Shown here: one piece after another, positions 23,706 through 37,694 of the stretch
Layout: the number at the start of each line of letters is the position of its first letter
Position numbering within the stretch: position 1 is the first letter of the stretch
Assembly (NCBI RefSeq): GCF_001194135.2
Contig: NC_068988.1
Location: 2,019,020-2,066,338 of the forward strand
DNA length: 47,319 nt
Source: Octopus bimaculoides
Taxonomy: Eukaryota
Direction of reading: 5' to 3'
The notes under the pieces: generated by a model
The model's input: only the letters and a program-made list of their open reading frames with translations
Told to the model about the DNA's origin: nothing
Database searches by the model: none
Program-made: the position numbers and the translations under genes

Positions 23706-24849
23706 TGATACCGGTAGTGAAGCTGATGGGAAGTAAATATGCCGAAAGAATCAAAATTTGCTTTCCTACATTAGCAAACATAATTTTCTCAAGAAGCACT
23801 ACCTTTGTGTGATATAGTGGCGGGCGGTGTCGGCTGCGGCTGCGGCGGCGCGAATATTGGTCGATTCTTAACAAGCTTTTAAACAGCTTGTTTATCTTGT
23901 GTTGGGTGAAAACATCTGTTGCTATCAAAATTCATACGTAATATGAATACATTTCTGAAAGAACGGTAATTAAAAATACCCAGACAAGTGATCCATCAAT
24001 GTAAGTGTGATCTGTCCCAGGTTAACATGCTTGCAAAAAAAAAAAAATAAAGGAAAAAAATCAAACTTTTGCTAACAATTTGTGAAGAATTATTCAATTG
24101 ATAGATGGGCAGGATGGAGCGAGGTGAAAAAATTGCCGTTGTAGTGCAAGGCATCATGTAATTCTGTACAATATCTCACAACTCTTTCAGATAGAATTTT
24201 TATATATATATGTATGTATATATTCATTTATTTTCATGCTTTTCTTTTTCGTGAGAATAATTGTATTCATACCACGTATGCTTTTACATTGTAGGTTATG
24301 CCATTGGGGATCAGGTACAAAAGAACCAATTTCAAGAATTGCTACAGCCACCAAGTAATCAGGGATAAATTCTGCTTTGATGAAGCAATTACATCGGGAA
24401 AACCGATCGGGATTATATTATCGAAATCAGTGCATTCCATAAGTCGTATTAAAGAGTCATGCATTCAATTCTAATATCGGCAATCGAACAATATTGGAAG
24501 CAGTTTGGAACGTATCTGCTGCACTAAGTTTTTCCCTTTTTTTTTTTCGTTTTTATTTTTATCCGAACATTTTGATTCAAAGAGTAATTATGAAGATTTG
24601 CCAATTAAAAGTTCGTTGTAATATTAATAGAATTGACAACAAGCTTCAAGTTCATTTGATACAGTTTCAGAGACTGAATATCCATTAATATAGCAAAATG
24701 ATTAACAGAACTACTCAATGCTATGTGTCATTCTTATCGTATCATCTCCTTACGCTTAATGTATTCTCATTCGGGGTCAGAGTAGTATGGTGCTACAGAA
24801 AGGAATTCCTTACTCGGAACTGGTCTTCCTAGTTTAATTGCTAACAGAC

Positions 24850-25335
24850 TATCTTCGTCATCATCATCATCATCATCATCATCGTCCTCATCGTCATCCT
24901 CACCAACACCACGACCACGACCACGACCCCCAGGGGTGGCCTCCATGGTTGTGTAATCAGTTAACGAAAGGTTCACTATGATTCCAGCTCCCAATCCAAC
25001 TTCATAATAATGGATTTGGATGGCGACAGAGAGTCACTGGAATCCACGAAAGCAACAACAAAAGAGTGCGATAAACTGAAAAGGCTCTGTTTATATTTCA
25101 TGGCAGGCGACCAGGGTCGCCGGGTGTGCGAATAAGAGTATAGAAGTTAAGGAATGAAATGGATAGGATCCGGGTTACATATGTTTCACTGCGAGTGGAA
25201 CCTCAGAAGTGGTAAATATCTAAGCGAAGTGTATACCGCAGGCTGCTCTTCAGGCTAAAAGTATCTTGATTAAAACATACATACATACATACATACATAC
25301 ATACATACATACATACATACATACATACATGCATG
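24850..25335. repeat. (CAT/CGT)n at ~24850-24930 and (CATA)n at ~25275-25335
   Basis: Directly visible. Confidence 0.85.
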
Positions 25336-26066
25336 CATACAAACAAAAATACCCTGTTGTTGATGTTGAAATTTCAATGAAGGAACCTTGGATCTAGATT
25401 AGAAACCGGTTCTTTCCCTATTGGCAAGAAATCTTGAAATAAATGAATAATGACACNNNNNNNNNNNNNNNNNNNNNNNNNNNNNNNNNNNNNNNNNNNN
25501 NNNNNNNNNNNNNNNNNNNNNNNNNNNNNNNNNNNNNNNNNNACACACACACACACACATATGCATAAATTATTGTTGATATAAGAATTTATATACTTCC
25601 GAGAGAACGTAGAGTAATTCTTTCTTGGAATTGGTTCTCAAAGGACACATTAAGCTATAAATGTGTGCTGGCCTCGTGCCAAAATTTGAAACCAATATTG
25701 GGTTGAAAAACTCTTTTGGATAGAAAAAAGTCGAAGGTAGCCTTCGGATTTTCCTTTCGAAAAAGGGTTTTCAGACCATTATTTACATGCTGCTATTCAC
25801 AGCTTTTGTATGTAGTTCGAGAACCAAATTTCGAAAAAGAATTCCGCACATTAACTTTTGATTTTTTGTCGGGTAATAAAAACAATTTAATATTAAATTG
25901 AAAAATTACCGAATACTTCTTGAAGAGTTTATTATTCTTTTGCAAGAAGACGAGTGGCGTCGAAGGTTCGGCCTGCTAGCACTTGTTGGATTGTGAGACA
26001 GTCTGACAAAGATCAAAACTTGCAAATCACTGCCATTTCTTCTTGCCAAAATGTAATACATACATA

Positions 26067-26223
26067 AAGGCTGAGAGCTGGCAGAATCGTTAGCAGGCCA
26101 GGCGAAATGCTTAGCGGTATTTCGTCTGCTGTTACGTTCTGAGTTCAAATTCCGTCGAGGTTTACTTTGCCTTTCATCCTTTCGGGGTCGATGAAATAAG
26201 TACCTGTGGGCAATGAAGAAATA
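26067..26223 (+). mobile_element. Family-B SINE with 76-bp internal deletion and 12-bp TSD
   Basis: TSD aatacatacata at 26055-26066 and 26224-26235; junction taagtacc|tgtgggc. Confidence 0.88.
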
Positions 26224-26399
26224 AATACATACATACTCACACACACACACATATTAATCGTTTATAATGTGTTTATAGCACATTATAGAACGATCTGTTA
26301 GTTTCTATTTGTCTCCATCTGATATGTGCCTGTATTAATTATGTGTCTTTATGCACACATTTGGTCACTTACACACAGAGTCACATAAAATTACCATTT

Positions 26400-27580
26400 C
26401 CATATCTTCTGCAGTAGTCATCAAGGTGATATTCTGTTGCTGATATCCATTTCTTCTCATGGAAGCTAATTTATAACCAAAGGATTATATTTTCGAACGT
26501 TCCCTATTAGATTAAGAAAGAAGCTAATAGCCAAAGCAATTTTTGCTCTAAAGATTTAATACTTTAAAGCATTAGAAACACTCACAGCTTCAAATTTCAG
26601 AATATCAAAATATCAAAATAAATATGATTTGACAGATTTACGCGAAATTCGAAACTCTTTGGGCACAAAAGTCTTGTGATACATTATTTTTGGAAGTTTG
26701 GGTTAATTGAAATGGCGTGAAAATAAAATATTATAAAATAAAGGGAACAAATTTTAACAAGCCGTGTTAAAAAGAAGAGAATTTTAAAGAAAAATACAAT
26801 ATTTAATTGAAGAATCTTGTCCATTTTGTTAAGAAGCAATTATACAAGATCTCTATCTCTCTAATAAAGGTTTAATACGAAGGAAGCTTACAAACTGAAA
26901 ACTGAAATTGCACCCCCTCTGCCTACAAATAGAAAATTATGCAGAATAATTAATTAACAGATCAAAACTAATTACGTCTCTTTAAGTTAGACATGGAGTG
27001 TAAAACACTTACCAGCAACTCTAGTTGTTGCTAAAACATAACCAAAAGGTTAACGGCATCAGTTTATGGACGCAGAAATTCTGTTCTCTCCAGTGCCCAA
27101 AGCAGTTGCTGTATTAATGGATTAAAACTAATTATTTTCTTTAATATTAGACGGGAATTAGAAAATGCTTGAGTAACTATTTTCTGTGATAATGGTACGG
27201 TGATTGTAACGCAGTTAATTTATTGATGTGTTACTGCGATAATCCAACATATGGTGAGAAATAATCAACTTAAGGCCAAAAGTTCATATTTATTTTATTG
27301 AAAAGCACGGTGTTACAAATTAGAGATTTTAGGGTATTAGACAATTAAAAAAAACTCCGAAAGATCGCTGAACTAGAAAAATACCTGGAACAATGGCAAA
27401 AAATGCGAGCTAATGTTAAAATTGATCTATCAATAAATTGTTCAGCTGAGTAATTCTGAGTCATCCTCAATCAAATATTTAATCAGTCAAATCTGTCAGT
27501 TACACTTCAGTTAGCGATTTAATTAATTATTAATGAAATCAATATCTATTATAGATAATTAACTTTGTCAGCTCTGCTAG
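26400..27580 (+). mobile_element. Possible decayed hAT element (dimerisation-domain-like remnant and terminal motif)
   Basis: HLPATLVVAK...DAEILFS near 27005-27090 resembles YP.L..VA...AER.FS; ends ttaactttgtcagctctg. Confidence 0.3.
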
Positions 27581-27778
27581 AATCAGATCAGAAATAGCTC
27601 TTAATGGGTCGAAATGATACAACAAAAAATTCAAAATCATTCTGGTCATATAAGTATGAGTGTTGCTTCTTCTTATCTTAATAGTATTGCGTGTTAAACC
27701 CTTAACCATGGATAAAGTCAGGCGAATAGAACCCGACCCCATTCCAAACAAGATTTGTAATAATAGCTGAACTCTTCA

Positions 27779-27990
27779 AGGCGGCGAGCTGGCAGAAACT
27801 TTAGCACACCGGGCGAAATGTTTAGCGTTATTTCGTCTGTCTTTACGTTCTGAGTTCAAATTCCACCGTGTTCGACTTAGCCATTCATCGTTTCGGGGTC
27901 GATAAATTAAGTACCACCTGCGTACTGGGTCGGTCTAATCGACTGCCCCCCTCCCCCAAAATTTCGGGCCTTGTGCCTAGAGTAGAAAAG
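27779..27990 (+). mobile_element. Full-length family-B SINE with 17-bp TSD (1 mismatch)
   Basis: TSD aatagctgaactcttca at 27762-27778 and aatagttgaactcttca at 27991-28007. Confidence 0.93.
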
Positions 27991-29009
27991 AATAGTTGAA
28001 CTCTTCACTGCATGAGAACAAAGCACTTTCGCTGGTTACACTGATAGTTTGCTAGTTACGTTGATAGTATCACTCATTTTATGTTACATATTTAGTGCCC
28101 CCTGGCGGTCATTTAAGAGCTGAATATCTTGATCAAGGCAAAGCAGTGATGAAATATAAATTATTGACCATTTAATCGATAACTCCACATTACATTGACT
28201 TTGACAGTTGCTGCTCTCATGTTGTATTATGTTATAATTATAGTTTTAGATCAATCGGATGAACTGAAAATTTATATCGTTTATTCCACGTATTTTCGTT
28301 ATGAAAAACATAAATTTGAAATCTTTTTTATAAAGAGAAGGTGAGAAAATAACCAAGTCCTATATTTGTTTCTGTTTTAGAAAGCAGAAAGTAAAAAAGA
28401 CAGTTTGGTATTTCAACGCTAGGTCTTTCCTAAGGGTGTGAAGATTACAGTCTTAGACCTCCTTTGGTCTTCATTGGCTCTTATTGCTGTTACGTTTCTT
28501 GTTTTGTGCATGATTTTTTTCTTTGCGCTTAATTTAAGTTTTTGAGAGTGTTCAAGATTGTCGCTAACAAAGCGGCAACACTTTTTAGTAAAGAGAGTTC
28601 CCGGTATTTGTAAATATGTGATTGAGTTGGTGTGTTGGTTGAACTGTCGATGCACACACCAAAGTTTGTGCATCTATTCACATAAGAATCCCAGATGGAG
28701 AATTTCTAGAATGTCTTACAGATCTTCACTGTGCCACTAATAGATTAGATTCGGAGAATCCGTGTCGTTTTCTTTTGCTCTTTTTCTGTGAAACCGAGTA
28801 TTTCTAGTTTTTTGTGCAAACTTGTTGGTACATAACCTAATGCACACCTATTAAGCATAGGTACAAATTAGAATTATGTATGTAGGTGGGAAGCAAACTT
28901 CTTACCACTTAGCCACACCTGCGTTTAATATATCCATCCATCCATCCATCCATCCATCTATATATATAAGAATATATATTTGTACATTTGTGTTTTTGTG
29001 TGTATTTCA

Positions 29010-29051
<42 letters not shown>

Positions 29052-29329
29052 ACGAAGAATAGCTGGATAGACAAATAAGTAGACAGAGAGAAAGAGAGAG
29101 AGAGAAAGAGTAAGAGAGAGAGAGAGAGTTAAGGTATAATTACACTTTCACTACCACCAGAAGCCTGGTTGGTGAAAGATCCCTTCCCTTCCTCATCTCT
29201 CAATGATTGCTAGTCCTTGAGGGCTTTGTGGGATCGGAGGAAACAATAATTCATTGAGTAGCATATACTTACAGGTGTATCATTGAGATGTGCAAGGATC
29301 CAATCCCATCAAGCTTTACACTCTTCACA

Positions 29330-29575
29330 TATCTGCAAACAAACTGCCACGATCTATGTCGGCACAACGAAATGCAGGTCTGGTGAGAGTGCTGAAATCC
29401 GAGGGCGGAAGCTGTGTGCAAGAGGTACGATGGAAGGTAACCTCAGCTTGACTGCTTGTGGGCTACAGACGTAGATACAAATTCTTCTGGGTGGGGAGTA
29501 GCGATGGTGTGGATGGTGTGGGTATACTTTTGACAGAAATGCGGAGATATAAGTGGAAGTAACAGAGGTAACGGT
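29330..29575 (+). mobile_element. RTE LINE AP-endonuclease N-terminal fragment
   Basis: YVGTTKCRSGESAEI/CVQEVRWK...RYKFFWVGSSDGVDGVGILL matches NVGT..GRSGE/C.QEVRW/GVGILL. Confidence 0.8.
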
Positions 29576-30049
29576 TTCCCTGTAATGTGTTTAAATTTAA
29601 GTTGTGGAAAATTGTAATAAAATTAAGCATTGCTCCAGATTATTCATAAGCCCTTAACAAAGTTAATCCTTTCGATGAATATCCTTTACTTCAAATTTCA
29701 ACCTTAGTAAATAAGAACTCAGGATATGAAATATTTACAGATTGGATTTGGGAAAAGTTTATTTTTAAGTTCGATCGTGTATTGATGAGTGGACCAGCTA
29801 CAATATTTTGAAAATAATGTGAAATTATACAAGTTTTGTATAATGTCCTCTGCAATGAAGAATACTATAATTGAATTTTCAAAGACAAATTGATAACATG
29901 GTTATTGTTAAGCAACATTTGCTTCTATTAATGATGTGATAGTTATGTGGAGCACGTGTAGAAGGGCACGACCGAAATTAGATTAATTTAATAAAGGCTG
30001 TATCAAAAGCTATGTAAACACTTTAAATGATTTGTGTGCGTGCATGCGT

Positions 30050-30290
<241 letters not shown>

Positions 30291-30429
30291 GACAATCCAT
30301 TTTCTAGTGGGATAGAAATTTTTATGGAACTCTAAAGCCAGATATAAAAAGGTTAGAAGCATTAAGGAACACTTCTCCTCCCGCTAATAATAATAATAAA
30401 AAAACACTTCAAAGGTCGCTGTGAATGTT

Positions 30430-31810
30430 CAATCGTTTCAGGTGGACTCTATGATTCCGATAAAGTAAAGCCACTTCTGTGAGTTTCTCATTTACTCTTT
30501 AAACAGGATCCCCCAAAATGCAATTTTAATGATCTTAAATGCTGTGTTCTTAAGGTTACACTTAGAACACTTGATGAATCCGAAGTACTTGCACTTCAAA
30601 TTGATGCCTTTAAAGTAGCCATATCTGGAATATTACTGCAAAATAATCGTCCTGTTGCTTATTTTCAACGATATTAACAACTCATGAACGAAAACATCCT
30701 TTAAATGAATGCGAAACAACCGGAGCTGTTATTGAAAGTGTTAGAAAGTGGAAACATTGCTTAATTGCAAAACCTTTTCAACTATTAACAGATCAAGCAG
30801 CTTTGCTTTTATTTTCAACAACAAACGTTCATCAAAGGCTAAAATGAATAAATTGGTACGTTGGCAACTGGAATTGTCTGAATACACTTATGACACATTA
30901 TTCTGGAAGAGAAAACACACCACACATGCTTTCTCCAGAATTTATTGATCTTTTTTTTTTTATTTTTCTTTTCCAACTTCATGAACACTTCGCCACACTG
31001 GCATTCATCAGTTTTATCACAAACTGAAAAAAAAAAAAAATTACCTTCCCGCAGAGATGATGTAATGGTGTGTGTGCCTTTTTTTAAAGTGTGATCTATA
31101 TTAAATCACAGGATTTTGACCAAAATTTGGCATCGTGCCATGTGCTACTCAACCACTGGACCAATTATCGATTTCACGAAATCCTAAGACACCATTTAGA
31201 AAAAGGCAAGTACATTTTTCTTATTGTTGGTAAAAACTTAAAACTCATGTTGAAGTATCAGTGCCACTAAAGCAATTAATCTATTTATTTGATTATTCGT
31301 ATTAATTGGAAATACATCTTATATTCATTACGACCAAAGATCTCAATTAATATCTTTGGAAGCTTAAAATTCTTTTATCAAACCTGGGAATAAATTGTAG
31401 CAGCAATGATTCATAGAAACCACAAGGATAGAATGGCCAAAGAGAGCGATATAATGGCGCATTGTAAAAAAGTCTAACGACTGGCCTTTAACATTGTAAA
31501 TTTCTATGTAACTCAGTGAAAATAAATTCTCCTAGAAGACCTAGATCTTACATGCAATAAAATCATCTTTATCAACTGTAATTAAATGTACACCATCTAA
31601 AAAGTAAAAATTCTTTCCCCAGACATACGACAAATGTTACAACTTATCGTCTGGTGAAAGTAATATCTTGAGGGAACATATTTAGCAATATAAAATAGTC
31701 TGTACATTTGAGGAAGTTCAGTTGATGGATGTCAGTCTATATTATGCAGCTGTTATATTTAGAGGAGGACAAGAAGAGATTGTTATTTTGACCCTGTCAA
31801 GAATCAGGAA
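30430..31810 (+). mobile_element. Gypsy/Ty3 LTR-retrotransposon pol remnant (RNase H + integrase); no LTRs seen
   Basis: DAFKVAISGILLQNNRPVAYF; IESVRKWKH..LLTDQ; KLVRWQLELSEYTYD; HTGIHQFYH; YIHYDQ; PQG..GQ.ERYNG; EEVQL.D...YAAV.F.GGQE. Confidence 0.82.
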
Positions 31811-32009
31811 TTTCGAGCGAACTTAATAAAATAGTTAAACGAAACTAGTTTCTTTCGACGAGTGTATTCTTCATAATTTATCTCGGTATGTTGATATTTA
31901 TTTCTTTATTGCTCACCGGGGGCTAAACATAGACTGGTTTGTTGCCCAAAATATATAAAAAAGTAACCAACATAAAGCTAATATTATTTTTCATGTTTTT
32001 ACCCAGGTT

Positions 32010-32676
32010 TTCAGTACATTTGGTGCAACTTTCGTATGTCGCAGAGTTGGGGAAGCATTTAAGGCTGAATGTCTGGTACCAACCGTAAAATATGGGAGTG
32101 GTTCTATCATGGTGTCGGCCTGCATGTCTGCCACAGAACCCGAAGAAATGTCAGGGAAGAATGAATTCATCTACCTATGTTTCTATGTTATCGGATGTTT
32201 TAGAGCCATCAAGTGCTAAATTGTATCCAGGAGTGTCGAAAAACAATGTTATCTTACAACAGGACAACGCTCCATGTCATACAGCAAAGAATACTCGTCA
32301 ATGGTTTGTTTTTGTGACGCAAGGAATTGTTCCCAAGGACTGGCCGGCTCAAAGTCCCGATCTAAATCCGATCGAACACCAATGGGGAACTGTTGGTGAA
32401 GCTATCAGGAACACAACAATTAAAAATAAAGAGCATTTGCACCAAATGTTGAGAGGAAAATGGAGTAAAATTGTGCCCAGCACCTGCAAGAAACTAGTTG
32501 ATTCAATGCCTAACTGTATAAAAGCGGTAAATGATGCTAAAGAAGGGTCAACCAGATATTAAAACTAATGTATATTGTGAAATATACCATAATCTACCAC
32601 GTGCACGAGTTTCATTAGCATCGAGATAGCAAAACCCTAAAACATTGGGGTGGCCTAATACTTTTGGCCAAGTCTG
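32010..32676 (+). mobile_element. Tc1-family transposon, 5'-truncated; catalytic C-terminal half open (32092-32562)
   Basis: TVKYGSGSIMV (frameshifted), QQDNAPCHTAK, WPAQSPDLNPIEH, SMP..IKAV..AKEGSTRY*; right TIR-like end ctaatacttttggccaagtctg followed by TA at 32677-32678. Confidence 0.93.
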
Positions 32677-32759
32677 TAGAGTCGAGGCTTTATTTCAGTT
32701 TTACTGAAAAGGTAAGCTGTGATAGAATCGAAAGATATGCGTAGAGTAATGTTGAAGTG

Positions 32760-33110
32760 CGTTTGTGGTAAGGAGGCCATCTTGTGTAACGATTGATGTA
32801 AGTTGTCGACTGATTAAACGACCTGTAAAAAATACACTTGAGAGGTTATTACCCACGTGTTCGATATGTAAACGTAACACTGGGAATTGTGCTAAACTTG
32901 TACTGAGTTCAGCCTCTCAGCTGTCGCCAGGCTGGAGCGCAACCACGTTTCAAATTTCATACTGTTTCAACTAATACAATAAACAGAACAATTTTGGTAT
33001 AACGCAATATAGGGAGATTATTTTAGTTACTGGCTGACAGCGCAAAGAGTTGACCGGAAGTTCAATTTACAAACCGGACGCTCAAATTGCTGTCCGGAAA
33101 CTCAACCATC
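32760..33110. promoter_or_regulatory. Candidate promoter-like patch
   Basis: CpG-retaining unique sequence with ETS-type CCGGAAGT (~33053) and CCGGAAAC (~33093) and a YY1-type GCCATCTT (~32770); no transcript evidence. Confidence 0.25.
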
Positions 33111-33902
33111 TGAGACAAAAATTCGATCAAATGATAAGTTAATAGCTATTCTTACAAACTGCCAAAATCACTGCTGTATTTCATTAGACCAATCAATGAA
33201 ATATGGAAAATAAGCTACTTATTTGAAAAGATATTTTAATCGAAAATAAAATGGATAAAACATAAGTAAAAAGTATATAGTTTCCTTTTATATTTTTAAA
33301 AAACTTGCCTTAGTTTTTAAATAAAAGTTTGGTGTTTTAGTCCAAACCCATTCTCCTTAGAATAATCACCACCATTTTTTTTTTTACTTTTTGTTTTCAA
33401 GTTATGATTTTGTATTTTTCCTCCTTTTTTTTCCCTCTTTCCGGTTACTTTGCTTCTGAATAGCATGTTTTTCTCCTTTCCATCTTCCGCTCATTCTTTT
33501 TTTTAATTGAGATCTCTTCGATAATTTTATATTTTCACATTTCACCGATTTATTTCTATAGAAATGGGAACTTTTGTTACAGGCGAGAATATCGAATATT
33601 AATCGGTGGCAATATTGTTGGCACTTGTGCATTGCTTCAGTTGCCAATTCAATGGTTACTCGTTCTATTCAGCCTGAAAAAAAAATTGCCTTATTTACGT
33701 CTAGAATTAAAATAGATCTTAATTCATTGGGTTTCCTGTTTGTAATAAAGCTCTAGAAGTACGCTTTCTGCATTCTCACATTGTCACAAAAGTTACCATG
33801 GAGGGAACTCTTTTTTGTTATTTGCCCATTCACCCCGTTCAACAGCACACAAACACACGCACATACATGTGCACTTATATAAATCTCTCTCTNNNNNNNN
33901 NN

Positions 33903-33975
<73 letters not shown>

Positions 33976-35377
33976 ACTAATGTAGGATGTTGAAAATGGG
34001 AATTTTCTGATCAAATTATAATATTATATAAATATATAGGAACTAGGGTTGACAAAATAGATTTTAATCTTGTTACTCTATATAATTTCTGTTGCAGACC
34101 ATGAAGGAACAATTTTTGATTGCTTCTGGAACTGTATTATGAAAAGTCTTAAAATCTTAACGTAGAAAGAGGAATACACAGGAGAGAATCCCTTCTCCAC
34201 AAGAAATTCATAGAAATACTCTAACTTATCGCTGCTGAGTTAACGGATCTTATTTATTTTGTAGTGCTGCCGTTTTGTTTGTATATTTATCATGGTAGCA
34301 AAATGTATATGTATATATATATATATCATAAGCGATATGCTTATTTAAACTTCAAAACGCCAATGGTTTTAAATAAAGGAAAAATATGGAAAAATTACAT
34401 AAAACATTGATCTGAAATCAGCAAAACTGGATCCAGGTCAGTTAAATACGACTTACTTTCTTATCCTGCAAAAAAATTCCCCTAAAAATGTATATCCTAA
34501 AATCTTTTTCTATACAAAAGACTCGAAGCAACAAGTGACTCCTTATTTTTCTTTGTTTCTTTCTATCTTTCTCACTTTTGTAATATATGTTTATATAAAT
34601 TATATATCAAACTCACTTTAAAAATATGTATACCAGAATAATTTCTGTTAAGCTATGATTCAAAAACACTTATTCTGTGAAAACGCATCTTCGTATTCTT
34701 TTAATTTTTCCTATATATGTACACAGAATAGAATTATTCTCCACCTATGTTAAAAAGAGTAACATGTTTTAATTATATTATATATATATATNNNNNNNNN
34801 NNNNNNNNNNNNNNNNNNNNNNNNNNNNNNNNNNNNNNNNNNNNNNNNNNNNNNNNNNNNNNNNNNNNNNNNNNNNNNNNNNNNNNNNNNNNNNNNNNNN
34901 NNNNNNNNNNNNNNNNNNNNNNNNNNNNNNNNNNNNNNNNNNNNNNNNNNNNNNNNNNNNNNNNNNNNNNNNNNNNNNNNNNNNNNNNNNNNNNNNNNNN
35001 NNNNNNNNNNNNNNNNNNNNNNNNNNNNNNNNNNNNNNNNNNNNNNNNNNNNNNNNNNNNNNNNNNNNNNNNNNNNNNNNNNNNNNNNNNNNNNNNNNNN
35101 NNTTGATGCATGTTCAGCTTTATATATATATATGTAAGGAAATTCAGCCCCAAAGCGATAAGTGTGTACTCTAAGGACTCAATGCTGTTGTAGAAAAGGA
35201 TATTAAAACACCAAGCAACTGTTTGTCCGATATCTTATTGGTTCGACTATTGCCTCCCTGGCGAAGCACAGGGTTTCGGTCTGTGGTAAAAGAAATAATT
35301 GATGCATCTCGAAGTTAGATCTATTACTAAGACGTGTAATCTCATCGACAGATATTTGTAAAAGAAGAGAAAATATA

Positions 35378-35589
35378 TTTTCTTCTCTAGGCACAAGGCC
35401 CGAAATTTTGGGGGAGGGGAAAGTCGATTAGATCAACTCCAGTACGCAACTGGTGCTTAACTTATCGACCCCAAAAGGACGAAAGGCAAAGTCGACCTCG
35501 GCCGAATTTGAACTCAGAACGTAAAGACAGACGAAATACCGCTAAGCATTTCGCCCGGCATGCTAACGTTTCTGCCAGCTTACCGTTTT
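35378..35589 (-). mobile_element. Full-length family-B SINE with 14-bp TSD
   Basis: TSD gaagagaaaatata at 35364-35377 and 35590-35603. Confidence 0.93.
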
Positions 35590-36726
35590 GAAGAGAAAAT
35601 ATAATGGCAAAAACACTGCGTGATCTATAAAATAAACAACAAAAGCCATTTCCATTGATATAATTGGCTATAGAGAGTTGTTGGAAAATGGTGTTGTGTC
35701 TTGTCAAAAGAAATCTTTGCTGGCTATAATAAGGAGCATGAGTTAGTCGAAAGAAGCACTAAATATTAATAAGTCTCAATATCATGGAAAACGGCTTCAT
35801 TGCTTTAGTTGCCAATTGAATGGTCGCTTGTTTCATTGTTCGCGAGTAGAAAGCCTTTAAGCTTACAAATAACGAACAGCTAATTGCGAGAATGCAAACC
35901 TTCTCCGCTGAAAGCATTTTTATGTTGAAAAAGATTAATATTAATTAGAGATTCTTTGTGAAGACCGAATATACCAGTGGCCGCTCTTTCGAATTACAAA
36001 ACTCGTGCTACACAGATTTATTGTGTTTGAGAAGCTTTGCAAAACACACACAATTCAAAAGCTAATGATACTCTCATACAGTAGTTTCCAACATTTTTAC
36101 TCCCAAAATCCCTTTTATTTAAATGAATTTTTCCACGGCCCCCAGATCTGTCGAATTAATAAAAAAAAACAGCTTTTATTAACTCAAAACAAACTCGTTT
36201 TTCCAGTTTGATCACTCATATCAATGGTATTTGTAAATAAATAATTATATATACTCAAGAAATGATAACTTTTACTCTAGAATCTTTGAAAAGTTTGACG
36301 ACAGTTCACTGGTTGCCAATGTATTAGCTTTGGAGTCCACTCAAGATCTATGGGCCCCTTGCTGGTTACTTTCTGCTCTAATTAATTACAACATAAGATA
36401 AAATGAAGTTGTTCACCTTACCACCTACGTGGAATGAAAATGTAATGACCTGTGTTGATGTATAACATCATGATGTATATAACACCTTGGGTTTCATATA
36501 CTATATTTAGAAATATTGCATTTTTAAATCTCTGAGAGAGAGTTATACAACAGCAGCACGATAACATAATGGTTTGTTTTTGCCAACTTAAAGGCAACAA
36601 ACCATTACGTTATATATATATATATATATACAAAAATAAGAGGAATGACCAGCAAAAGTGGATTTTTTTTTATATGCTAGACCTCTGGTTTTAATTGATT
36701 AATATCAATTTCTACCCTCATTAATA

Positions 36727-36757
<31 letters not shown>

Positions 36758-37694
36758 NNNNNNNNNNNNNNNNNNNNNNNNNNNNNNNNNNNNNNNNNNN
36801 NNNNNNNNNNNNNNNNNNNNNNNNNNNNNNNNNNNNNNNNNNNNNNNNNNNNNNNNNNNNNNNNNNNNNNNNNNNNNNNNNNNNNNNNNNNNNNNNNNNN
36901 NNNNNNNNNNNNNNNNNNNNNNNNNNNNNNNNNNNNNNNNNNNNNNNNNNNNNNNNNNNNNNNNNNNNNNNNNNNNNNNNNNNNNNNNNNNNNNNNNNNN
37001 NNNNNNNNNNNNNGTGATTCTATCCATTATAAAGATTAAAATTCAAAAGTCTTAGTTTTGGCGCGCTGAATCCGGAAAATATCTCTGCAGAAAATAATTT
37101 CTGCTTTGAATTTACTAACTTTGAGAAATGTGATTATGGTTAATTAACATAGTATGGTAAAAATTCGATATTAATTAATATCAATTTAATACCAGGAAAC
37201 TAGCACATTAAAAGAATCAGAAGGTTCATGAAAAATTTTTTTTCGAGATCCTAAAAAGATTATAGTACTTGTGCAACAACAGTTTCTAGGGGTTCGAAGA
37301 TTCATCATAATGTTGGTAAATGTGGTTCACCAAGATATGCCAACCAGTTATGAAAGCAAATAAATATCGGATAAATCGGGCTTCGGTCGTCAGAGTTGGA
37401 AAAAAAAAACAATCTGACATTTCAGATCATGATGTAGAGAGTTTTAAAATGTGGAATAGAGTCAAGCGCTAGTGTTATTCAAATCATTTGATTTGAATAA
37501 CACCTGCGTTTGACTCCATTTCTTGGTTTGTTCTTGTGATACAAAAACATTTCTCTTAACTCTGAAATTTATACCTTTATATGTAGTCTATAATATCTTT
37601 GGCACTTATGTGAATTTTTGCTTCCCTGGTAAGTATTTATTTATTTATTTTTTCCTTGTTATTCGTACACATTGAAATATATATATATATATAT

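Noticed and set aside
25360-25420. caatgaaggaacc...gaaaccggttc hammerhead-like layout
   Set aside because: The core is CAAUGA rather than CUGANGA and stems I and II are poorly paired in this copy.
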